Assembly (NCBI GenBank): GCA_043815885.1
Contig: JBDRIL010000039.1
Coordinates: forward strand, 1-27,220
DNA length: 27,220 bases
Origin: an archaeon
GTDB lineage: Archaea; Iainarchaeota; Iainarchaeia; Iainarchaeales; 1-14-0-10-31-34
Direction: 5' to 3'
The notes under the pieces are model-generated. The model was not told the DNA's origin. It did not search any database and saw only the letters and a list, made by a program, of their open reading frames with translations. The position numbers and the translations under genes are program-made. Positions 17,094-25,746 of this stretch are shown piece by piece (positions within the stretch are counted from its first letter, which is position 1; every line of letters starts with the position of its first letter).

Positions 17094-17864
17094 ATGATTG
17101 GATTGATTGGAGGAACTGGAGTATATGATCCAAAAATGCTGAAGAATGCTGAGGAAAAGGAAATAGAGACTCCTTTCGGAAAGCCGTCAGATTCAATTAC
17201 AGTTGGAGAGCTGAATGGAAGAAAGATTGCTTTTCTGCCAAGGCATGGAAGCAAGCATTCGATTCCCCCCCATAAGATAAATTTCAGGGCAAATATCTGG
17301 GCATTAAAGGAATTGGGTTGTGAGAGGGTTCTTGCAACATGCGCGTGTGGTTCACTGAAAAAGGAATTAAAGCCAGGAACAATTGTTTTTCCAGACCAAT
17401 TCATTGATTGGGGAAAAGAAGTAACTACTTTCTACGATGAAGGAAAAGTCTATCATGTATGGATGGCTGACCCATTCTGCAAGGAAATGGGAAAGGAATT
17501 GATTGAAACAGCAAAAAAATTGAAGCTGGACTTTCATGAAAAAGGCACTTATCTAAGGATTTCCGGACCGCAATTTTCCACTAGAGCTGCCTCAAAGATG
17601 TATTCACAATCTGCTGATTTAATTGGAATGACTGGCGTGCCTGAAGCAATTCTCTGCAGGGAAAAAGAAATGTGTTTCTCAATAATTGCAACCATTACAG
17701 ATTATGATGTATGTTTAGGAAGCTTTACTCAATTCAAGGACATAAAGAAAACAATGAAACAGAATCTGGATAACACAAAGAAACTGATTGAAGAAGTGGT
17801 TCCACTGATTCCGGAAAAAAGAGAATGCGAATGCAGTAATTCATTAGAAGGAGCAGAAGCTTAA
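17094..17864 (+). CDS. mtnP: S-methyl-5'-thioadenosine phosphorylase
   Basis: IGGTG, TPFGKPS, RHG..H..PPH, RANIWAL, DQFID, GPQFSTRA, IGMT, TDYD, C-terminal CEC. Confidence 0.9.
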   Translation: MIGLIGGTGVYDPKMLKNAEEKEIETPFGKPSDSITVGELNGRKIAFLPRHGSKHSIPPHKINFRANIWALKELGCERVLATCACGSLKKELKPGTIVFPDQFIDWGKEVTTFYDEGKVYHVWMADPFCKEMGKELIETAKKLKLDFHEKGTYLRISGPQFSTRAASKMYSQSADLIGMTGVPEAILCREKEMCFSIIATITDYDVCLGSFTQFKDIKKTMKQNLDNTKKLIEEVVPLIPEKRECECSNSLEGAEA

Positions 17865-17898
17865 TTTAAAATAATTTCATTCTACTTTATTATAAGAA

Positions 17899-18237
17899 AT
17901 GGAAAAATACGAATCTAATCTCATATTCTTTGGATACAATCCATTCATCAGGATGCTTGATGCATTCATTGATAATACTGGAAGCGATTACCCAAAGAAA
18001 GAAATCCAGGAATTGGCTGGAATAAGCAAAGGCGCCTTGTTCAAGCACTGGAATAAATTAGAGAAAATGAATCTGGTTAAAAAAACAAGAAGTTTTGGAA
18101 ATACCACTCTTTACACTTTAAATACTGGCAATGACACAGTAAAGATTTTATTGAAACTGGAAATGCATTTAATTGAGGAAACTGCCCCAAAAGAAAAGGA
18201 GAAAATAAAGGCAGTCGTGCGAGGAAAAACAAAATAA
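17899..18237 (+). CDS. Winged helix-turn-helix protein
   Basis: KEIQELAGISKGALFKHWNKL HTH and TRSFGNTTLYTLN wing. Paralog of 25399..25746. Confidence 0.75.
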   Translation: MEKYESNLIFFGYNPFIRMLDAFIDNTGSDYPKKEIQELAGISKGALFKHWNKLEKMNLVKKTRSFGNTTLYTLNTGNDTVKILLKLEMHLIEETAPKEKEKIKAVVRGKTK

Positions 18238-18238
18238 T

Positions 18239-18802
18239 CTACTTCAGTAAAGCCATTCCAAGTGAACTCAATTCAAAGAAGCCAATGGTTATTAGGGTTA
18301 CAAGGAATGCAGCAATCACTACCCCAACAGCGTTAGCTATAAGGAATTTCTTGTAGCCCAATCCAATAAGGTAGGCTCCTAGTGCGCCGGCATAACTGCC
18401 GCTTCCGGGAAGGGGGACAGCAATAAATAATGCCACTCCTAAAACACCGTATTTTTCTACTATGGGTTCAATTCTTCTTTGGGTGCGCCTTACAATTGCG
18501 TTATAGTATCTGGAGAGAAAGGAATTCATGAAAAACAAGTGAAAGAATTTATCCAATAAGAAATAAATTACTGGACCAAGAATAATGTTTGTAATAACAC
18601 ATACAAAGAAAACAATCCATAAATCCATTCCTAAACCATTCAGGGTTAAACCAAAAGGAAGATTAATAGAGCCATTCAGCAAGCCTAAAGGAATACTGGC
18701 CCTTAATTCAAAGAAAGGAATCAGGGTAAACAAGATTAAAAGCATTATTCCAGAGAATTCCATCAAAAGAAGTAACAATAAAAGGATTAAAAACATTTTC
18801 AT
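18239..18802 (-). CDS. Small multidrug export-like membrane protein (COG2426-type)
   Basis: PFFELRASIPLG and LFIAVPLPGSGSYAGAL motifs. The start may be ATG 18763. Confidence 0.82.
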   Translation of the reverse strand: MKMFLILLLLLLLMEFSGIMLLILFTLIPFFELRASIPLGLLNGSINLPFGLTLNGLGMDLWIVFFVCVITNIILGPVIYFLLDKFFHLFFMNSFLSRYYNAIVRRTQRRIEPIVEKYGVLGVALFIAVPLPGSGSYAGALGAYLIGLGYKKFLIANAVGVVIAAFLVTLITIGFFELSSLGMALLK

Positions 18803-18887
18803 TGAAGAATAATTATATTAAATGTCTTCTTTTGCAAAGAAAAAGAAGACTTATACATAACCTAAATATTGGTGGGGGGGCGTTTAT

Positions 18888-21335
18888 TTGAAGAAAAATT
18901 TTTTCATCATAACAATGTTAGTATTTTTTGCTTCCTTTGTTTTTGCGGGAGCGCCTACAGTAACAGTAATTCAACCTACTTATGGAAATTATTTTAAGAA
19001 CGGTTTTGTGGATATAAACTTCACTGTAATGGATTCTGATTCTCCGAGTGAAATGAAAGCATTCATTTACTATGACGTGATACAAGGGGGGCAATCCAAT
19101 ACAATTATTGATAATTTGAATTTATTTGGAATTGATGTATGTGAAGATAATGATTTCACTGACGTGACCAATTGCTGGTACAGATGGAACATGAATATTT
19201 CAACCGATGGAAATTACTACATCGACGTTAACGTAGCTGACCTAACCTATAATGATGATGCTAATGCTGACTCAGGAAGCTTTTACGTTGACAATACGCC
19301 CCCAATTACTTCATGGGACGGAAATGAATCCTGGATGAATTCAGATCAAACAATTACTTTAACTTGTAACGATAATGGAGCTGATTGTGACAGCAGCTCA
19401 CCTCAATTTAATTTAGACTCAAATGGATTCCAGAAATACGAGAACCCAATATTAATATCTGAAGAAGGACAGCATTCGCTGGAATTCTATTCAGTGGATA
19501 ATGCAAATAATGAAGAAAGCCATCAAACCAAAACAGTGGGGATTGATAAAAACTCTCCAACCAAAGTAAGTGGATTGAGTGTTAGCGCCGGACACCAGCA
19601 AGTGAGTTTAAGCTGGACTGCTTCCACTGATTCTGTTTCAGGGGTAATGGAATACAGGGTTTATAGAAGTGATGTAAATGCCTTTGATGTTAACATTCTA
19701 GCTGGAGCTACTTCCAATACTAATTACACTGACTCCAGTTTAATTAATGGACAAACCTATTACTACAGGGTTATTGCTTCTGACCATGCTGGAAATGACT
19801 CCAATCAATCAGATATTGTTTCTGGAACTCCAAACGATACCTCTAAACCCAGTACCAGCTGGAATGGAAGCGAGAGCTGGAGGAACTCTGATTTGAGTGT
19901 AAGCCTTACATGCAATGATGGAAGCAGTGGAAGCGGATGCAAGACCGTTTACTGGAAGATTGGAGGAGGTTCATGGAATTCCATTAATGGCTCTACAGTT
20001 AACTTTACTGTAAACAGTGAGGGAGAGCAGACGATTGAATTTTATTCAGTGGATGACGCAAATAATGAGGAAGTACATCAGACAAAAACAGTGAGGATTG
20101 ATAAGACGCAGCCTAATTCCATTAGTCTGAGTGCTTCTGCAAACAATAACGGAGAAGTTGATTTAAGCTGGAATTCATTCTCTGACAACTCTCCGAGTTC
20201 TGGTTTAAGGGAAGTACAGGTTTGGAGAAAGGAAAGCAGTGGAAGCTACAGTAATATCCATACTACGTCCTCAAGTATAACTTCATATACTTCTTCTGGT
20301 TTAGGGAACGGGACAACTTATTACTTTAAGGTAAAATACATTGATAATGCAGGAAATGAAAGGGAAAGCAATGAAAGGTCTGCTACGCCAACAAACAAGT
20401 GCAGTGCTTCTGTTACATTGACTGCCCCAAGCTATGTCAGTGATGGAACATTCACTGCAAAAATTAGTTCTGATGAAAGGCTGCATGACGGAACTTTTAG
20501 TTTCTGTGCCAGCTGGAAGGCGGGCTGTACTGAATACAGTGGATTGAGTGGAAGCACTATTTCAAAGAACTTTACTGTTTCTTCCGGGGACAGGGGAAGC
20601 ATTACAGTGGAATTCAGTGGTTATGATGAGGACGGAAAGGAATGCTTAAGGGAAAAGGATGTAGTGGTTGATGCAGTTGAACCTGAAATTGAATGGCTTT
20701 CGCCGGAAGAAGGAGCAGTAATTGAGGACTACAATATTTCACTTACTGTAAAAATAAGCGATAAGGGAAGCAGCATTGCAACCCTGTATTTTTATGAGAG
20801 AGCAAAAGGACAAACAGAATGGGAATTAATCACAAGTGTTTCCAATCCAAGACTGGATGAAATGACCAGATACTGTGACATGAGTGAACACGCTGAAGGA
20901 GAATACGAACTAAAGTCAGTATTGGAGGACAGGGCCGGAAATAAGTCGGAAGAGATAATTACCATTATGCTGGGGAGCGAAATAGTTGAAGAAGAACCAA
21001 AAAAAGAACCAATTGTTTTGGAGGAGGAAGATACTGCCCCAAAAACTTTGAGCGAAGAAAATAATGACTTGGAGACTACTGCCCCCGTGACAGGGCTGAT
21101 TACTGGAGAAATTGTTGATTTAGGTGCAAAAGCATTGGGTGCAATAATAGTGATTGCCGTGATTCTTGCAGTGGTCTTGATTGTAAAGGGAAGAATGGGC
21201 GATGGAAAAGGAGAGGTAGTTTACAGTGGAATTCCTTCATCGGAAAATAAAGGAAGGGGTTTTTCTTTCCCGAAAATAATTGGAAAAAAGAATGAGCCAG
21301 AAGAGAGAAAGCCCAAATGGAGTTATGAGGGTTAA
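18888..21335 (+). CDS. Secreted, C-terminally anchored surface protein with Ig-like and fibronectin-III domains
   Basis: N-terminal signal peptide, two (Ig-like + FN3) units, many N-x-S/T sequons, acidic linker, TM segment and short basic tail. Confidence 0.85.
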   Translation: MKKNFFIITMLVFFASFVFAGAPTVTVIQPTYGNYFKNGFVDINFTVMDSDSPSEMKAFIYYDVIQGGQSNTIIDNLNLFGIDVCEDNDFTDVTNCWYRWNMNISTDGNYYIDVNVADLTYNDDANADSGSFYVDNTPPITSWDGNESWMNSDQTITLTCNDNGADCDSSSPQFNLDSNGFQKYENPILISEEGQHSLEFYSVDNANNEESHQTKTVGIDKNSPTKVSGLSVSAGHQQVSLSWTASTDSVSGVMEYRVYRSDVNAFDVNILAGATSNTNYTDSSLINGQTYYYRVIASDHAGNDSNQSDIVSGTPNDTSKPSTSWNGSESWRNSDLSVSLTCNDGSSGSGCKTVYWKIGGGSWNSINGSTVNFTVNSEGEQTIEFYSVDDANNEEVHQTKTVRIDKTQPNSISLSASANNNGEVDLSWNSFSDNSPSSGLREVQVWRKESSGSYSNIHTTSSSITSYTSSGLGNGTTYYFKVKYIDNAGNERESNERSATPTNKCSASVTLTAPSYVSDGTFTAKISSDERLHDGTFSFCASWKAGCTEYSGLSGSTISKNFTVSSGDRGSITVEFSGYDEDGKECLREKDVVVDAVEPEIEWLSPEEGAVIEDYNISLTVKISDKGSSIATLYFYERAKGQTEWELITSVSNPRLDEMTRYCDMSEHAEGEYELKSVLEDRAGNKSEEIITIMLGSEIVEEEPKKEPIVLEEEDTAPKTLSEENNDLETTAPVTGLITGEIVDLGAKALGAIIVIAVILAVVLIVKGRMGDGKGEVVYSGIPSSENKGRGFSFPKIIGKKNEPEERKPKWSYEG
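19290..20390 (+). repeat. Intragenic tandem duplication (~182 aa unit)
   Basis: EGQHSLEFYSVDNANNEESHQTKTVGIDK vs EGEQTIEFYSVDDANNEEVHQTKTVRIDK. Units start at ~19290 and ~19836. Confidence 0.85.
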
Positions 21336-21348
21336 TCTTCTTCTTTTT

Positions 21349-21723
21349 TTATTTTTTTGTAAGCAACCTAGTGAAAATCAGGTCAACGGATTCTTCTTTT
21401 TTTACTTTTGGAAAAATTCCATAGAGAGGGGAAGGCACTGGAATTCTTTCAGTTCTAATCATCCAGATGACAAACCCTAAAACAATTAATGCAATCAAAC
21501 TCCCAAAGGCACTGGAGTAATCGATTGGAATACTGAATAACTGGTTTTCTATTAATACGAGCAATGGAAGAAAGGAAATGGAGAATACAAGAGAAAAGGT
21601 TAATCTTTCAATTGAATCAATCTCTTCTTTCTTTGGAAAGAAAGCTAATGTAAGGAAATATCCTGGAAGAGTAATGACCAAAACCAGAATAATTAATCCA
21701 AATATTAAGTCAATTGGAGTCAT
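21349..21723 (-). CDS. DUF1616-like small membrane protein
   Basis: LPGY.LTLAFFP....ID.IER..FS..FS pattern with 3 TM segments. Confidence 0.75.
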   Translation of the reverse strand: MTPIDLIFGLIILVLVITLPGYFLTLAFFPKKEEIDSIERLTFSLVFSISFLPLLVLIENQLFSIPIDYSSAFGSLIALIVLGFVIWMIRTERIPVPSPLYGIFPKVKKEESVDLIFTRLLTKK

Positions 21724-21778
21724 TTAAGTATTAAAATTGGATAAATTAATTTAAATGAATAGCCTTTTTTGAGGTAAA

Positions 21779-21867
21779 ATCAAAGGACAAAAGTATAGAA
21801 ACAAAATTTGTCCTTTGATGGCTATCAAAAGACATAAAAAAAGCTCTATAAGTAATGTCTTTTGATA
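21779..21867. repeat. Tandem pair of 13-bp inverted repeats sharing the half-site ATCAAARGACA
   Basis: ATCAAAGGACAAA-N15-TTTGTCCTTTGAT (21779-21819), then TATCAAAAGACAT-N19-ATGTCTTTTGATA (21823-21867). Confidence 0.9.
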
Positions 21868-21924
21868 TAAAATCAAAAAGAATATTAATAGAACAACCAC
21901 ATTTATTACAGGGAGAGGTTTGGC

Positions 21925-23061
21925 TTGAATCTAATTACTGTTGTTGGCGCAGGCCCGATTGGATTGAGTACAGCGATTGGATTGAAGGAAGAGGGATGGG
22001 AGACAACAGTAATAGAAGAACACCCCGAAATAGGAAAGCCAGTGAATTGTGCTGGTCTGATTAGTAAGAGCGGAGTGGAAGAAAACAGGATTAAATTGAA
22101 TGGCGAAGTAATAGTAAATAAAATTAACGGAGCAAAGATTTTTTCTCCCAATAAGACAATACTTAAGCTGGAGAAAAAGAATGTTGCATTAGTTATAGAC
22201 AGAGAGAAGTTTGACAAAAGATTATACAGTGAAGCAAAAAAGAAGGGAGTAGAAATTTTAACTGAAACCAAGCTGATTGATGTAAGGAACGAGACACTCT
22301 TCATTCAATACAGGCAGAGAGGAGAAATGCTGAAAAGCAAAATACTGATTGGAGCCGACGGAGTGAACTCAAGGGTAAGGCATTTAATGAATCTGGAGGT
22401 TAAGCCACAAAACTTTGTTTACTCTTTTCAGGTAAGGGGCAGGGGTTCTTTTGAAGACAAATTCGTTGAAATGCATTTTGGAGACCATTCAAAAGGCTTT
22501 TTTGCTTGGGTAATTCCTGAAAGCAAGGAAATTGCCAGAATAGGCGTTGGGGTAGAGCATGGAATGAATTCAAGGCACTCATTGCAGGAATTCTTGAGGG
22601 AAAGAGAGATAGAGGTAATAGAGGAGTCAGCTTCAATGATTCCAATAGGAAAACCAATAAAGGAAATAGTCAAGGAAAACATGATGCTGGTGGGAGATGC
22701 TGCATTCCAGACCAAGGCAACCTCTGGCGGAGGAATAATTACCGGAAGCATTGCAGCAAAAGCAGCAGCAAAAAGTATTTCAAATCACTTGAAGCATAAA
22801 GTGCCTTTAACTGATTACCTAAAGGAATTAAATCCATTAAACAGGGAACTGGAACTGCACTGGAAGATAAGAAAATATTTTAATTCACTGAATGAAGGGC
22901 AATTGAATAAATTGTTCTTGAAGTTAAAGAATGCAGGAATAGAAGAATTTTTGGAAGAACATGGAGACATGGATGTTCCAAGCAAATTCTTAAACAAAAT
23001 GTTATTCTCCCCAAAGAAGTGGTCACTGCTTCCAATGGGATTAAGGATAATGATGAAGTAG
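21925..23061 (+). CDS. Geranylgeranyl reductase family FAD-dependent oxidoreductase
   Basis: GAGPIG, IGKPVNCAG, DREKFD, GADGVNS, FFAWVIP, LVGDAA...SGGGI. Confidence 0.88.
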   Translation: MNLITVVGAGPIGLSTAIGLKEEGWETTVIEEHPEIGKPVNCAGLISKSGVEENRIKLNGEVIVNKINGAKIFSPNKTILKLEKKNVALVIDREKFDKRLYSEAKKKGVEILTETKLIDVRNETLFIQYRQRGEMLKSKILIGADGVNSRVRHLMNLEVKPQNFVYSFQVRGRGSFEDKFVEMHFGDHSKGFFAWVIPESKEIARIGVGVEHGMNSRHSLQEFLREREIEVIEESASMIPIGKPIKEIVKENMMLVGDAAFQTKATSGGGIITGSIAAKAAAKSISNHLKHKVPLTDYLKELNPLNRELELHWKIRKYFNSLNEGQLNKLFLKLKNAGIEEFLEEHGDMDVPSKFLNKMLFSPKKWSLLPMGLRIMMK

Positions 23062-23131
23062 CCCCGGAGAGATTCGAACTCTCGTCACAAGCTCCAGAGG
23101 CTTATATGCTTGGCCACTACACTACGGGGCT
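23059..23131 (-). tRNA. tRNA-Gln (anticodon CTG)
   Basis: AGCCCCG acceptor stem (A1-U72), TAGTGTAGTGGCCAAGCAT D-arm, TAAGC-CTCTGGA-GCTTG anticodon arm, GAGAG-TTCGAAT-CTCTC T-arm, discriminator A. No intron and no CCA. Confidence 0.96.
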
Positions 23132-23176
23132 TTAATACAGTAAGAAATTATTTAGAGGGAATAATTAAAAGGAGTT

Positions 23177-23875
23177 TTATTTTCCGAACTTTCTTTCTCT
23201 TTCAGTGAATTCATTTATTGCCTTGTCTAAATCTGCCTCTTCGAGTTCAGGCCAGTACTTGTCAAGGAAGTAGAGTTCAGAGTAAGAGGACTGGTAAGTG
23301 AGAAAACCTGAAAGCCTTTTTGTTCCACTGGTTCTGAGAATTAAGTCTGGGTCAGGAAAAACAGAGTAAAGATAATTCTTGAATGAACCAGGAGTCAAAG
23401 AATTGAGTTTTAATTTATTGTTCTTGAAGTCCCATGCAATCTTTTTTGCTGCATCAACTATTTCTGCCTGCCCGTTATAGCCTATGGCAAGATTAATTAC
23501 TTTTTTCTTGTAGTCAGCAGTGTATTCTTCTGTCTTCCTTATTTTTTCCTGGAGTCTTTTGGGAAAGGCATTAATTCTTCCAATGAACTTCAATCTCATT
23601 TCCCTTGAATCAAACACTCCAGAGGTTTTAACCCTCTCTAATTCTTTCTCGAATATCCTGAATAAAATATTTAATTCAAGCTTATTTCTGCTTAAATTCT
23701 CCAGAGAAAGAGTGTAAAATGTTCCTGACTTTATCTTTGGATAGTTGTGCAGCCAATCAATTACTTCCCATGCCTTCTGTGTTCCAAGCTTGTAGGAGGT
23801 AAATAGGTTTATATGCGATTTCTTTGCATATCTTCTGTTTCCATCAGGAATAAAAGCAATCGATTGAAGATTCAA
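23177..23875 (-). CDS. uppS: Polyprenyl (undecaprenyl-type) diphosphate synthase, cis-prenyltransferase
   Basis: IPDGNRRYA, LSLENLSR, GYNG..EI, PDLILRTSG..RLSGFL.YQ..YSEL...WP, ERKFG. Confidence 0.94.
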   Translation of the reverse strand: MNLQSIAFIPDGNRRYAKKSHINLFTSYKLGTQKAWEVIDWLHNYPKIKSGTFYTLSLENLSRNKLELNILFRIFEKELERVKTSGVFDSREMRLKFIGRINAFPKRLQEKIRKTEEYTADYKKKVINLAIGYNGQAEIVDAAKKIAWDFKNNKLKLNSLTPGSFKNYLYSVFPDPDLILRTSGTKRLSGFLTYQSSYSELYFLDKYWPELEEADLDKAINEFTERERKFGK

Positions 23876-23992
23876 TTCAATTCACCCAGAGTAATGACTC
23901 TTTTTATATAAAACAATCAAAATATTAATAAATGATTATAGGATATTATACGAAAAAAACAGAATTTAAACCTATCCCTTTTTATTCCTCTA

Positions 23993-24196
23993 ATGCACAC
24001 TATTTTCAATATGAATAAGGAAGAGCTTGAAAGGCTTTTAAGAGGGAGAAAGCTTATTGAAGAGATGTCTGTAAGGATAGAAGAGAAAGAGGAATTAAGG
24101 AAGCTTGTTTTAGAGAAAATGGCTTCAGCTTCGATTAGACTGAAAACAGAGTTAGAGGAAATAAGGGTGCCTTCACTTCAATCCTTAAAAGAATAA
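23993..24196 (+). CDS. Small helical hypothetical protein
   Basis: 67-aa E/K/R-rich ORF coupled (TAATG) to the next gene. Confidence 0.55.
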   Translation: MHTIFNMNKEELERLLRGRKLIEEMSVRIEEKEELRKLVLEKMASASIRLKTELEEIRVPSLQSLKE

Positions 24197-24567
24197 TGAA
24201 TGCAAATTCTTACATGCTATTAAATAAAACCAATAACAGGAAAATAATTGAAAGAATTAGGTTGGCTGATTCTTACTGGAAAAAATTAAAGGGATTAATG
24301 TTTTCAGGAAAGCATGATTACGCATTAATATTTGATTTCGGGGGAGAGAGCAGAATCAAAGCAAGCATTCACATGCTGTTTGTATTTCATTCAATTGACT
24401 TGGTTTACTTGAGTGAAGGAAGGAAGGTTGTTGATTTGGTTGAGGGAATAAAGCCTTTTACACTGAATTACACTCCAAAAAAGAATGCAAGGTATTTAAT
24501 TGAATTGCCTGAAGGGACAATAAAGAAAAACAGGATTAAGTTGGGAGATGAAGTGGATTGGAGATAA
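24196..24567 (+). CDS. DUF192 (UPF0127) family protein
   Basis: LADSYWKKLKGLMF, IHMLFV..SIDLVYL, ARYLIELPEG. Confidence 0.88.
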   Translation: MNANSYMLLNKTNNRKIIERIRLADSYWKKLKGLMFSGKHDYALIFDFGGESRIKASIHMLFVFHSIDLVYLSEGRKVVDLVEGIKPFTLNYTPKKNARYLIELPEGTIKKNRIKLGDEVDWR

Positions 24568-25019
24568 AGGTTAGGGAAAACTTTGAATTTGTTACTGGGA
24601 AAAGAAAAATTCGCATTATCATAATGGAAGCCAATAAACAATTGTTTCTTTGCTGGAGAAGTAGAACCCCGCCCAGATGGGTTGCTTCTCCTTTCCTGAC
24701 TTCATTTACTCAAGATTTTCCATGGCTTTATAAGAGATACCCAGAAGGAAGAAAGGAGTTGATGCTCAGCGAACGCATTTCCAATAGATTGGATAAATTA
24801 AAACCAAAGACTTCCTTAAATAAAACAAAAGAATTAGTGAGAAAAGTGGGCTTTTATGGTTTGTTTCTTGAAAATCACTTTCAACGAAAACCAAGAGAGT
24901 TATTCGAGATTCATCAATATTTTTTAAGACAATTGGAAAAGTTGAATAAACAGAAAAGAGTTAAATTGAATGAAGTTGGGGTTCCCAAAGCAGGCAGAAA
25001 AAGAATTAGAAGGAATTGA
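24558..25019 (+). CDS. Hypothetical basic protein (orphan)
   Basis: 153-aa ORF overlapping the DUF192 stop. No motif recognised. Confidence 0.5.
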   Translation: MEIKVRENFEFVTGKRKIRIIIMEANKQLFLCWRSRTPPRWVASPFLTSFTQDFPWLYKRYPEGRKELMLSERISNRLDKLKPKTSLNKTKELVRKVGFYGLFLENHFQRKPRELFEIHQYFLRQLEKLNKQKRVKLNEVGVPKAGRKRIRRN

Positions 25020-25287
25020 TTCCAAGCAATATTCTTACTTCTTTGGATTTTCTTGGATTAATTGAAACGTGTTTTTCATTTGTTGACTATTTTGCAAGAA
25101 GTAAATTGTCATTAATTAATTCTTTTATTGCCTTTTCAATTAATTTCTTTCCTTTTTTGGTTGAAGAAAAATGAGAGGGGAATCCTTTGCTTAAATTGAT
25201 TAAAGCTGTATGGCTTCCTCCAATCTTTCTCTTGTTGATTAGCCTTCTTAGAATAAGTTTTTTCACTAAATCAAGGTCAGGAGGCAT
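25006..25287 (-). pseudogene. Small basic protein interrupted by an in-frame TAG (25087-25089)
   Basis: ...KIGGSHT...NLSKGFPSH...LLLAK*STNEKHVSINPRKSKEV...F*. The frame continues 26 codons past the TAG with an HVSxNP motif. Confidence 0.6.
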
Positions 25288-25398
25288 AAGGGAAAAAGGA
25301 TTGGAATTAAATAAAAGCTTGTGTCTTCGACATGGTACGTTAATATACCAAAACAGAAGATTTAAATTTTATTTGTTTCCAATAATTTATTGGTTTAA

Positions 25399-25746
25399 AT
25401 GGGCAAGAGCATTTTCCTGGATTTTATGGGGGATTCACCAACCACCAGAGTATTGGAGTTTCTGATTATTGGGAGAGAGTTTGATTACTGTTTAACAGGT
25501 ATTGCATCCAATTCAAGGATTGGCTGGACTACTTTGCACAGGATTTTTCCTTCGCTGGAAAAAAGAGAGATAGTTGTTCCAACGAGAACTATTGGGAGAG
25601 CGAAACTGTACAAGCTTAACCAAGACAGTTATTCAGTGAAGAAACTGATTTCCCTGTACGACAGCTTATTGGGGAAAGAATTGAATGAAGCAGAAGAAAA
25701 AAGCAAAGAGAAAGTAATGGCCAGAACAGAGAAAACAAGAAGATAA
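25399..25746 (+). CDS. Winged helix-turn-helix protein
   Basis: GDSPTTRVLEFL..FDY....IA..S.IGWTTL...TRTIGRAKLYKLN. Paralog of 17899..18237. Confidence 0.78.
   Translation: MGKSIFLDFMGDSPTTRVLEFLIIGREFDYCLTGIASNSRIGWTTLHRIFPSLEKREIVVPTRTIGRAKLYKLNQDSYSVKKLISLYDSLLGKELNEAEEKSKEKVMARTEKTRR

Noticed and set aside
18871..18880. G7 tract upstream of the surface protein as a phase-variation switch
   Set aside because: It is short, non-coding and positioned as an RBS (GGTGGGG). Nothing in the sequence shows length variation.
21779..21885. CRISPR array or replication origin interpretation of the palindromic repeats
   Set aside because: The repeats alternate in orientation with short spacers and there are no cas genes. 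There is no ORB-like TCCA..GAAAC/G-string and no cdc6/orc1 nearby.
21855..22064. 69-aa ORF starting within the palindrome
   Set aside because: It overlaps GGR out of frame, its ATG is part of the repeat arm, and it has no coding signal.
23059..23131. tRNA as the attachment site of an integrated element
   Set aside because: No integrase and no duplicated tRNA 3' fragment were seen in the window, and the flanking genes are housekeeping.
25087..25089. TAG reassignment (alternative genetic code or pyrrolysine)
   Set aside because: TAG is a normal stop at 3427, 13823 and 23061, no other gene here has an internal TAG, and no pyl genes are present.
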